DNA of 64,000 nucleotides from Erysipelotrichaceae bacterium (GTDB taxonomy: Bacteria > Bacillota_I > Bacilli_A > Erysipelotrichales > Coprobacillaceae), in contig JAETPY010000002.1 of the NCBI GenBank assembly GCA_021770925.1, forward strand, positions 2,369-66,368. Direction: 5' to 3'. The notes under the pieces were generated by a model that saw only the letters and a program-made list of their open reading frames with translations, was not told where the DNA came from and searched no databases. Made by a program: the position numbers and the translations under genes. This document shows positions 8,378 through 17,446 of the stretch, piece by piece; position 1 is the stretch's first letter; every line of letters starts with the position of its first letter.

Positions 8378-9691
8378 ATGAAATTAAATAATTTACTTGA
8401 TACAAAAAAGAAAAAAATTTTTGCCGGAGCGTGTGCCGGTATACTGATTCTTGGCAGTATAGGTATTTATGCTTTATCAGGAAACAATGGTGATTTGATT
8501 TTAACAAAAAATAAAATTACTGCTGAATTAGGACAGGTCGTTTCAACAGATGTGGCTGACTACTTGAATTACAATAAAGTTGATCCAAAAACGGCTGAGA
8601 AGATCATCAAAGATGCTAAATCAACAAATGATTTCAAATACGTTACTGTTGAAAATAAAGATGAAAATGGTAATGTGACTTCTAAAGAAGAAAAAGATTA
8701 TCCTAAAGTTGGTAATTATAAACTCATTTTCAAATATAAAGATGAAAAGAAAACAGTTGCTGTAAAAGTTGAAGATACTACATCCCCTACTATCACAGCA
8801 CCGGATAGCATTGATGTGATTCAGTATACCGATCTGTCTACATTTAATTTTGCTGAACTGTTACAAGTAACTGATTATAGTGATGTTACTGACTGGCAAA
8901 TTGATACTAGTAAAGTCGATGTCAATACGATTGGAACATATGATTTAAAAATTTCTATCAGTGATGTTGAAAAAAACAAAGCTGAAAAAGAAATGAAAAT
9001 CAGCGTTGTTGAAGCACCAATTGTAGCTGAAGGTGAAGTAGCAGTAACTGAAATCGTAACCGATGAAAACGGAAACAAGAAAACTGTTGTGACTAAGAAA
9101 TCAAGCAGTGAAGTAGGTTCCAAAGATAACGTTACGACTGGCAAGCCGGTAGAAAATACAGGCAAAGTAGAAAGCGGTTCAGGAAACAGTGCAACTAAAC
9201 CGTCTACGCCTAGCGGATCAACTGGTGGAAATACAGGAAATAGTGGTGGAAACAGCAACAGCGGAAACACAGGTGATAACAAACCTGCTCATTCACACAG
9301 CTGGGAAGCGGTGACGAAAACAGTACACCACGAAGCAGAAACAAAAACGGTTCATCATGATGCAGTGACTAAGACCGAAACAGTAACAGTTGTCGATAAG
9401 GAAGCATGGGATGAGCCGGTTTATGAAAGCAGATATATCTGTAATAGGTGCGGTTTTTCTACAAAAGATGGTGACGAAATTTCTGGTCATCTTATCAGCG
9501 TATGTGGTGGTGGATGCCACGTAGGTAAGGTGCAAATTGATACAATTCATCATGATGCTGTTACTCATCAAGAGGAAAGAACAGTTATAATCAAAGAAGC
9601 ATATGACGAAACGGTAATCATAAAGCCTGCATATGATGAAACAGTAACTACCGGTTATAAATGCAGCTGCGGTGCTACTAAGAACAAGTAA
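8378..9691 (+). CDS. Membrane-anchored surface protein: Ig-like (DUF5011-type) domains, G/S/N linker, His/Cys-rich C-terminus
   Basis: N-terminal TM; VEDTTSPTI and VDVNTIGTYDL Ig motifs; HHDAV repeats; CxxC. Confidence 0.75.
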   Translation: MKLNNLLDTKKKKIFAGACAGILILGSIGIYALSGNNGDLILTKNKITAELGQVVSTDVADYLNYNKVDPKTAEKIIKDAKSTNDFKYVTVENKDENGNVTSKEEKDYPKVGNYKLIFKYKDEKKTVAVKVEDTTSPTITAPDSIDVIQYTDLSTFNFAELLQVTDYSDVTDWQIDTSKVDVNTIGTYDLKISISDVEKNKAEKEMKISVVEAPIVAEGEVAVTEIVTDENGNKKTVVTKKSSSEVGSKDNVTTGKPVENTGKVESGSGNSATKPSTPSGSTGGNTGNSGGNSNSGNTGDNKPAHSHSWEAVTKTVHHEAETKTVHHDAVTKTETVTVVDKEAWDEPVYESRYICNRCGFSTKDGDEISGHLISVCGGGCHVGKVQIDTIHHDAVTHQEERTVIIKEAYDETVIIKPAYDETVTTGYKCSCGATKNK

Positions 9692-9706
9692 TTAAAATAA
9701 AATAAC

Positions 9707-9733
9707 AAGGCAATCGAAAGATTGTCTTTTTTT
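9707..9733 (+). terminator. Intrinsic terminator
   Basis: aaggcaatc-gaaa-gattgtctt followed by a T tract. Confidence 0.7.
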
Positions 9734-9959
9734 ATTGGAGGAAATGAGAAATGAAAAAAGTATATATATGGGTGTTTGATACGTGAGCAGTCTTGTGACT
9801 GCTCATTATTATTTGCTGGTGGATCATTTGCTTGATCATAATACCGATTTTAAAGAAGTATAGTGATGTTTGCTTATGAAAATTAAATATAGTATAGAAA
9901 TAATTTTTAAGCTGTAACTTGCATCACAGAAAATATTTTTAACGAAAGGAATAGATGCA

Positions 9960-12900
9960 ATGAAAAAATTAAGTTCATTCTTATTATCTGTACTGATGCT
10001 TTTTGGTATAGTTGCCAATGACATGTCATTTGTTAGTGCGATGAATACTAAAAAAGTCACTTTAACTTCTGAAAAAGAAGAAATAGAGATAAATGAAAAA
10101 ACAAATCTTAAAGCTCATGCTGATTTGCCGGAAACTGCTGAAATAACTGATTATAAATGGACAAGCGACAACGAAGAAATTGCTATTGTTTCCGGTGAAA
10201 TGAACAGTGCAGTTGTAGAAGCAAAAGCAGCTGGTAAAGCTAAAATTACTGTTACTGTAAACTACAGAAACAAAGTCAGTGCAGAGGAAAATGTAAACTC
10301 GTCTTCTGCTGAAATTGAAATTAATGTAGTTGAAAGGAAACTTCAGGATATAGTTACTGCAAAAGAGGAATCTGATGCTGAAGCATCTGAAAATAATCTT
10401 GATCCGGTAACTGCTGAATATATTAAAAATAATCTTGATACTGCATACACATCATTAAATATGATGCGTTTAGATCAGGTATTAGTTGTAAAAAACACTT
10501 TAGTTGAAGCGGAGGGAATCGCTGAAAATGAAACAATCGACAGTTTCTTTTTAAGAGAAGATACTGGTGATCTGTTTATAACAACTATCCCTTCTACTGT
10601 CGCGTTATATAACCTCGACACAAACAGTGACTATTATGTAGGTCTTGGTAATACAATGCTGAATGACAGTACTGCTGAAGTGAAAGATCATATTTTCGCA
10701 ATCAATAACAACAATGCCGAAGTTGTTAATGACAGATGTCATTATGATCCAGAAACAGGTTTAGTTTATATTTCAAAAGATCTGTTTGGAAACACTGCCG
10801 GTAATGTTCAGGTACAGTTTCTACAGGCTGTATCTCAGTCAACCTCAAAACTTTCATCAAAAGTTAATTATACAACAACTGACAGCAGAACGGTAAAAGA
10901 AGGAAGCAGAAATGTTGACAGTTTTAATTTTGAAACGAACGTTAAAACAGAGAAAGATCTAGATAAAACTGAATTAACAGTTTCTGTTAACGGTCTGCCA
11001 ACGAGTAATTTTAATTATGATTCTGATAACGGAATCATTACAATTCCACAGTCATCTACTGCTGTACAGAGCATAAATGTAGATGTTGATAAGAAATCAC
11101 CGATAGCAAAACTGGCAGATAAATTACTAAATATCACTAATGTTGAAGCTTTTTCAATGGGTGAAATGGGATGTGCAGGAACTGTAGATGTTCCAGACGG
11201 TGTAGGTACCGGATGGAGCGGTCAAATTTCTTTGTATAAAGCATACGCTTCTGACTGGAAGAATGCAACACTGCCCGTTTACGGTCTAACAACCGGCGAA
11301 GCAGATCTAATGAACACAATTTATTATGGAGGTCAGTTGGATTATAATAAACTGTATTATCAGAATACCGCAATGTATTTAGGAATCTGGATTCAGGGTG
11401 GATTAGATACAACGACTGGTATATGGCATAACAGTTTCTGGAACTGGACAGCAGAAAATGTAACAGGTGCAACACAGCTTGATGCATGGTTAAGACTACA
11501 ATGTACGCATTTATCTAATCCTGATACCGGTAAAGGTGTCGAATGGAAAGATGAAATGATCAATGTTCGTGTACTTGATAAAACTGGAGATGAAATTGTT
11601 GTAGGATTTTTGACTAAACGAGTAAACAGTCAGTCCGGTGCTGGTATTGCAAAATTTAAGATCAAACCAAAAAAAGGTAATTTAAATATTACTAAAGTAA
11701 ATGAAAATCCAGAGTTGACAGATGGAAATGACTGCTATTCATTAGCTGGTGCTGAATACCAGTTAAGAGACGGAAACGGTAATGCAATTGCGACGTTAAC
11801 GACTGATGCAAATGGTAATGCGAGTGTTACAGGTATCAATGCGGGTAATTATACACTTGTTGAAACAAAAGCATCACCGGGCTTCGAACTTAATACAGAG
11901 CATACATCTGTTACTATCAACGCAGGTCAGACTACTACACTGAACGGTGTTGGATGTCTTGTTGAACAGCCAGCCAATGACCCTGTTTCCATATCGATAA
12001 TAAAAGCTGATAAAGAAAATAGTGAATCAATTGCTCAGGGTAACGCTTCTTTAGAGGGTGCAGAATTTACGATTAAATATTACAACGCTCTTTATGATAA
12101 AGTATCTGATTTACCTGAGAAAGCAACTAGGACTTGGGTTGTGAAAACGGTGTGGAATAAATATGCTAATGCATATATCGCGAGTTTAATGAGCAAAGAA
12201 AGTATTGTTAGTGAAAAAAGTGATGAACTTTATTATCAGGATGGATTGGCTACTTTACCAATAGGAACTATGACTATTCAGGAAACCAAGGCGCCTGAAG
12301 GTTATTTATTGGAAGGAGCAGTTTTAGAAGATAAGGATGGAAAAACTGAAAATATTGATAATGGTGTTTTCATTACTCAAATAAAGCAAAATGGAGATAC
12401 TACGTCTGTTGTTGCAGGTAACTTCCCTATTGTTAAAGATGAGGTAAAAAAACATCATATTGAAATCGAAAAAGTTGCTCTGGATCAGGAAGGCAATACT
12501 ACACCTTTGAATAATGCAGAATTTACTATCAAATTAAAGAATGATGTGACTGAAAACGGATGGGACAGTGCAGAAACATATGATGTTGTAACTACAGCAA
12601 ATATTGATGGAAAAGACGGACAGGCAGTTACTAAGGACCTACCTTTCGGTACATATATCGCCAGAGAAACAGTAACGCCAGCTGGTTATGTACAGGCTGA
12701 TGATTTTGAGTTTACTATTGATAAAGATATCAGTGAAACTTCTAAAGTTCAGCATATCGTAATCACGGATAAAGAAACTCATATCAGACTTTATAAATAT
12801 GATGTTGAAACAAATGCTCCGCTTAGAAATGCTGAGTATCTCATTTTCAATGAAACGACAAATCAGGAAGTTGGTCGTTATAAAACTAACGATGAAGGTA

Positions 12901-13592
12901 TTATTGATTTATATAAATTAGCTGGTGGAAACAGCTATTACGTACAGGAAGTTACTGCTCCTAACGGTTATGAAATCAATGATACTAAATTCTATTTTGA
13001 TATCGATGCTAATGGTTTTGTAAATATATCTGATAAAAACAGTGATGAAAACAAAAGTGTCTTTACTATAAACGATAAAGGCGATATGACTGTTTCGTTA
13101 AGCAATAAATTAAAATGGTTCAAATTAAATGTAGTCAAAAAGAATGATGCTGATAAATTGTTAGCTGGAGCTGAATTTACATTGTATAAAAATGCTGACT
13201 GTACCGATGAAGTAACGAAGGGAATTACTGATGATAACGGAAACTTATTATTTGACAAAGTTGAAGTGGGTACTTATTTTTTGAAAGAAACTAAAGCTCC
13301 TGCCGGTTACAGAAAGCTACTCGATCCAATAAAAGTAGAATTTAAGTGTATTGACGGTAAACATGTCTTTGTAGTTAATGATGTTGTTATTGATGAAAAC
13401 AACAGTAATGAAAATTACAGCATGACAGTTGAAAATGACTGGTATATTGGAAATATGACAGTCATAAATGAACGTGGTGCTAAACTTCCTGCAACTGGTT
13501 CAAAAGGAACAGCATTGTTAGTTGGCGCTGGCACTATTCTATGTTTAGTTGGATTAAATAAAAAAAGAAAAAATAATAAAGGGGAAAATTAA
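9960..13592 (+). CDS. SpaA/CnaB isopeptide-domain adhesin (tip pilin), LPXTG-anchored
   Basis: Signal peptide, Ig-like domain, repeated LxGAEF and ETKAPxGY E-boxes, LPATG + TM + basic tail. Confidence 0.9.
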   Translation: MKKLSSFLLSVLMLFGIVANDMSFVSAMNTKKVTLTSEKEEIEINEKTNLKAHADLPETAEITDYKWTSDNEEIAIVSGEMNSAVVEAKAAGKAKITVTVNYRNKVSAEENVNSSSAEIEINVVERKLQDIVTAKEESDAEASENNLDPVTAEYIKNNLDTAYTSLNMMRLDQVLVVKNTLVEAEGIAENETIDSFFLREDTGDLFITTIPSTVALYNLDTNSDYYVGLGNTMLNDSTAEVKDHIFAINNNNAEVVNDRCHYDPETGLVYISKDLFGNTAGNVQVQFLQAVSQSTSKLSSKVNYTTTDSRTVKEGSRNVDSFNFETNVKTEKDLDKTELTVSVNGLPTSNFNYDSDNGIITIPQSSTAVQSINVDVDKKSPIAKLADKLLNITNVEAFSMGEMGCAGTVDVPDGVGTGWSGQISLYKAYASDWKNATLPVYGLTTGEADLMNTIYYGGQLDYNKLYYQNTAMYLGIWIQGGLDTTTGIWHNSFWNWTAENVTGATQLDAWLRLQCTHLSNPDTGKGVEWKDEMINVRVLDKTGDEIVVGFLTKRVNSQSGAGIAKFKIKPKKGNLNITKVNENPELTDGNDCYSLAGAEYQLRDGNGNAIATLTTDANGNASVTGINAGNYTLVETKASPGFELNTEHTSVTINAGQTTTLNGVGCLVEQPANDPVSISIIKADKENSESIAQGNASLEGAEFTIKYYNALYDKVSDLPEKATRTWVVKTVWNKYANAYIASLMSKESIVSEKSDELYYQDGLATLPIGTMTIQETKAPEGYLLEGAVLEDKDGKTENIDNGVFITQIKQNGDTTSVVAGNFPIVKDEVKKHHIEIEKVALDQEGNTTPLNNAEFTIKLKNDVTENGWDSAETYDVVTTANIDGKDGQAVTKDLPFGTYIARETVTPAGYVQADDFEFTIDKDISETSKVQHIVITDKETHIRLYKYDVETNAPLRNAEYLIFNETTNQEVGRYKTNDEGIIDLYKLAGGNSYYVQEVTAPNGYEINDTKFYFDIDANGFVNISDKNSDENKSVFTINDKGDMTVSLSNKLKWFKLNVVKKNDADKLLAGAEFTLYKNADCTDEVTKGITDDNGNLLFDKVEVGTYFLKETKAPAGYRKLLDPIKVEFKCIDGKHVFVVNDVVIDENNSNENYSMTVENDWYIGNMTVINERGAKLPATGSKGTALLVGAGTILCLVGLNKKRKNNKGEN

Positions 13593-13594
13593 TT

Positions 13595-15415
13595 ATGAAA
13601 ACGAATATTAAAAAATCATTAATAGGGTTATTAGCTGTTTCTACAGCTTTTTCTGGTGCATTAGCAATAACTAATTTAACTAATTCAAACAGCAGTATTA
13701 TTAGTTCTGTTAACGCTTATGAACAAGGACATATTACAATTAGAGCCAATGTTGGTGATAATGGTGAAGTACAGTCTTTAGCAGGTAAAAAATTTAATGT
13801 TTACAAAATTTTCGACGCTGAAAATTCAGCAGGAATGGAAAGTATCAATTATACTATGAATCCTGCATATGAAAAATCTTTAAAGAAAGTTACAGGAAAG
13901 GATACAGAATACGCAATCATTGATTACATTCAAACAATGAATAATAATACAGTGATCAATAATGTAGAAGCACCTCAATTGAATGAAAGCAGATATTCTA
14001 ATTTCAGATACTTTATTGAAGATCTAAGAAATATGTTAGTTGCAGATAAAGCTGAACCAACACAAGTTATTACTGTTCCAGCAACCGCTAAAGAAAGCTA
14101 CACATTAGATGTACCGTTTGGATGGTATGTTATTGATGAAACCACTAATGTAGCTGGTGAACATAGTGCATCATCTTTATGTATGGTCAATACTGCAAAT
14201 CCAAACGTATATATTAATATCAAATCAGATTTTCCGGTAATCCAAAAGCAGATCAGAGAAGACGACAGCAGAGGAAGTATCGGAACTGATAAAGACGGAT
14301 GGAATGATGTCGCTGATTTCGAGATCGGACAAACTGTGCCTTATCGTTACTTGACTTACGTTCCTAATATGAATGGTTATTCTTCTTATTATTTTTCAAT
14401 GCACGACAGAATGGATGAAGCATTGACTTTCAATCCTGATAGTGTAGCTGTTAAAATTGGTAATAAGACTCTAGTTAAAGATGTAGATTATCGTGTAGTT
14501 ACTGAAGGGATTCCTTCAGATGAAACTTTCCAAATTCAGATTACTGATCTAAAAGCTACAATAAATAAATATTTCTACCCTGAATATGAAGGTGCTGTAC
14601 CTGAAATGGAAAAATTCTATGGGCAGAAAATTGTTGTTGAATACAGCGCAACATTGAATGAAAATGCATCAAATGATACAGGACGTCCCGGTTTTGAAAA
14701 TGATGTAAAACTAGAATACAGCAATAACCCAGACAGTGATGGTACTGGGCAAACTGGAGAAACTCCATGGGATACAGTTGTATGCTTTACATTCCGCATA
14801 AACGGTATCAAAGTAAATGATCAGGATCCTGAAGTGAAGTTAGAAGGCGCTAAGTTTAGATTGTATAGCGACAGCTCATGTACAAAAGAAGTATATGTTA
14901 AAAAAGCAGCCAATGGTGACGGTTACACGGTAATAAACCGTGACAGTGTTAAAGGCGACGAAGCACCTGCCGAAGCTGTAGAGATGGTTTCAGATGAAAA
15001 TGGTATTTTCAATATTGTTGGTTTAGACAGTCAGACATATTATTTGAAAGAAACTAAGGCTCCTGCTGGGTATCGTTTATTAAAAGATCCTATTAAGATT
15101 ATAGTTGAGGCTACTTATGATGATGAAAATAGAGAAAATTATGTAAAGGGTGATGGTGCAACGAACAGAACTTTACAGAAATTAGAAGCATCAGCACATT
15201 TTAAAGAATTCTATTCAGGTAAATATTCTGAGTATGATAATAATTTGACTACTGATGTTGAAAATGGAATATTAAATATTAAAGTAGTTAATAAGGTAGG
15301 TTCAAAATTGCCTGCAACTGGTTCAACAATAACAGTGATCTTGGTTGGTGCAGGTACTGCAATGATGGCAACAGCTTTAATTAAGCGTAGAAAAGAAAAT
15401 AAAGAAGATAAATAA
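13595..15415 (+). CDS. Backbone (major) pilin, isopeptide-forming
   Basis: Signal peptide, pilin-type lysine motif INIKSDFPVIQK, E-box YYLKETKAPAGY, LPATG. Confidence 0.88.
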   Translation: MKTNIKKSLIGLLAVSTAFSGALAITNLTNSNSSIISSVNAYEQGHITIRANVGDNGEVQSLAGKKFNVYKIFDAENSAGMESINYTMNPAYEKSLKKVTGKDTEYAIIDYIQTMNNNTVINNVEAPQLNESRYSNFRYFIEDLRNMLVADKAEPTQVITVPATAKESYTLDVPFGWYVIDETTNVAGEHSASSLCMVNTANPNVYINIKSDFPVIQKQIREDDSRGSIGTDKDGWNDVADFEIGQTVPYRYLTYVPNMNGYSSYYFSMHDRMDEALTFNPDSVAVKIGNKTLVKDVDYRVVTEGIPSDETFQIQITDLKATINKYFYPEYEGAVPEMEKFYGQKIVVEYSATLNENASNDTGRPGFENDVKLEYSNNPDSDGTGQTGETPWDTVVCFTFRINGIKVNDQDPEVKLEGAKFRLYSDSSCTKEVYVKKAANGDGYTVINRDSVKGDEAPAEAVEMVSDENGIFNIVGLDSQTYYLKETKAPAGYRLLKDPIKIIVEATYDDENRENYVKGDGATNRTLQKLEASAHFKEFYSGKYSEYDNNLTTDVENGILNIKVVNKVGSKLPATGSTITVILVGAGTAMMATALIKRRKENKEDK

Positions 15416-16206
15416 TGAGTAAAATTTTTAGAAAAGATATTTTTATTTTCATAATAGGGATAGCACTAGTATGCTACCCTATTATTTCAAGTTTCGTTGC
15501 CTCAAAAGATAACATGGGGTTAATATCGACTTACGAAACAAAAGTTGATAATTTAAGCTCAGCTGAAAAAAAAGAAATGATAAAAAAAGCTGAACAGTGG
15601 AATGATAAATTATATCGTCAGCAGAAAGGCATTTCAGTTGATGATAATCTTGATTATCAAAATATTTTAAACATTGGTGATGAAATAATTGGAACGATTG
15701 AAATACCAGCGATAGATGTAAATCTGCCGATATATCATGGAACTAATGATGATGTACTGAATATTGGAGCTGGACATGTTGAAGATTCTTCTATGCCCGT
15801 TGGTGGCACAAATACACATACTGTTATAACTGGACACAGCGGTCTGCCATCAAATAAATTATTTACAAGGCTGGATGAATTAGAAAAAAATGATAAATTT
15901 TATATTTATATACTTGATGAAGTTCTTGCATATGAAATAGATAAAATTGAAATAGTATTGCCTGAAAAAGCAGACTATACAATTGAAGATGGTAAAGACC
16001 TTGCAACCCTTGTAACATGTACACCATATGGTATTAACACACATAGACTGCTGGTAACAGGTCATCGTGTTCAATATGATCAGGGTGTAAAAGATACAAT
16101 AAGAAAGAGTCTGCCATCCTCGCACGAACTTATCATTTATACAATACCATTACTATTTGTTGTTTTAGGAATTATAATTTTCAGAAGGAAAGGAGCAAAA
16201 AAATGA
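15415..16206 (+). CDS. srtC: Class C (pilus) sortase
   Basis: HTVITGHSG, LATLVTCTPYGINTHRLLVTG, C-terminal TM. Confidence 0.95.
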   Translation: MSKIFRKDIFIFIIGIALVCYPIISSFVASKDNMGLISTYETKVDNLSSAEKKEMIKKAEQWNDKLYRQQKGISVDDNLDYQNILNIGDEIIGTIEIPAIDVNLPIYHGTNDDVLNIGAGHVEDSSMPVGGTNTHTVITGHSGLPSNKLFTRLDELEKNDKFYIYILDEVLAYEIDKIEIVLPEKADYTIEDGKDLATLVTCTPYGINTHRLLVTGHRVQYDQGVKDTIRKSLPSSHELIIYTIPLLFVVLGIIIFRRKGAKK

Positions 16207-17087
16207 TCAAAAAATTTATGATTTTCGCTGTTACATTATTAAGTGCAGTTGGAATTATAAGTACTGTAAGTACAGTAGATGCATATAGCGAAACTGGATC
16301 GATAACAGTTGCACTAGAAGACGGTGTCGCTGGCACATCAACAGAAGGTGTTGAATTTGAGCTGATTAAAGTCGGTGATGTCATTGACGGTCTTTATGAA
16401 TATACAGAAGATTTTGCTGATGAAAAAACTGATTTAAATAAAGTTGAAAAAGCTGATGAAATGGAAGAACTAGCAATCAGATTAAATAAAATTGCAAATG
16501 AAAATAAAATTACTGGTATATCAGATATAACCGATAATACTGGTAAACTTGTTTTTAAAGAATTAAAGGTAGGTATCTATTTATTAAGAGTAACTGATTA
16601 CAATGAATATGAATATGTTGAACCAACTTTAATTTCTATTCCAACATACGATGAAGATGTTCAGAATTCAATGAATTTTGATGTTACAGTTATTCCTAAA
16701 CATACCCCTTTTAAGGTATCGGTATCTAAACAGGATATAACTGATCATAAAGAATTGGAAGGTGCTCATCTTCAAGTAACCGACGAAAAAGGAAATATTG
16801 TGGATGAATGGGTTTCTGGAAAAGAACCCCATATGATTCAGAATTTATTCTGTAATCATACTTATACATTGACTGAAACTATTGCTCCAAAAAATTATAA
16901 AGTAGCACAGTCAATTAACTTTAAAATTGAAGAATCAGGCAAAATTCAAAAGGTAATTATGTATGATGAGCTGATGCCGGTGAAAGTTAAAACAGGTGAC
17001 AACACAAATACTGCTTTACTATTTGGATTAAGCGGATTATCTTTATTGGGATTAGGTTTATTTAAATTTAGAAAAAGAAAAAATTAA
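16203..17087 (+). CDS. Ancillary/basal pilin with VKTGD sorting signal
   Basis: Signal peptide, VTVIPKH pilin motif, ETIAPKNY E-box, KTGD + TM + KRKRKN. Confidence 0.8.
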   Translation: MIKKFMIFAVTLLSAVGIISTVSTVDAYSETGSITVALEDGVAGTSTEGVEFELIKVGDVIDGLYEYTEDFADEKTDLNKVEKADEMEELAIRLNKIANENKITGISDITDNTGKLVFKELKVGIYLLRVTDYNEYEYVEPTLISIPTYDEDVQNSMNFDVTVIPKHTPFKVSVSKQDITDHKELEGAHLQVTDEKGNIVDEWVSGKEPHMIQNLFCNHTYTLTETIAPKNYKVAQSINFKIEESGKIQKVIMYDELMPVKVKTGDNTNTALLFGLSGLSLLGLGLFKFRKRKN

Positions 17088-17205
17088 TAGTTTGAAGAAT
17101 TAATGACAGTAACATAGAAAAAATTTACATGCACAAATAAAGAATCGGTAAATATATTGTTTTTACATTTGTATAACATACTATATTTCACTGATTCTTT
17201 TATTC

Positions 17206-17227
17206 TACTGGTCAGATATGACCAGTA
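17206..17227. repeat. ICE palindrome copy 3
   Basis: tactggtcagatatgaccagta. Confidence 0.85.
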
Positions 17228-17245
17228 AGAACGAAAGGAATTTAT

Positions 17246-17446
17246 ATGAAGGACAATAAAATAAATTTCTCTCTCTCGATTCTTTATGATGTTGATATCA
17301 AAAACGATACTTATACTTTACTATATTTTGATCATATTAAAAAAATAAAAGGAATACCAAAAGAACTGTCAACAGCATTTAAAAATGGACTGGTCGATAC
17401 TGGGTGTATTTGTGCCATGACATATGGAGGTGAAAAAAATGAGTAA
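17246..17446 (+). CDS. Small hypothetical protein
   Basis: AAAGGA RBS; overlaps the primase start. Confidence 0.5.
   Translation: MKDNKINFSLSILYDVDIKNDTYTLLYFDHIKKIKGIPKELSTAFKNGLVDTGCICAMTYGGEKNE

Noticed and set aside
9744-9866. Small ORF with strong RBS and hairpin (tgagcagtc/gactgctca) before the adhesin
   Set aside because: The reading frame closes after about 11 codons; a decayed gene cannot be distinguished from a leader.
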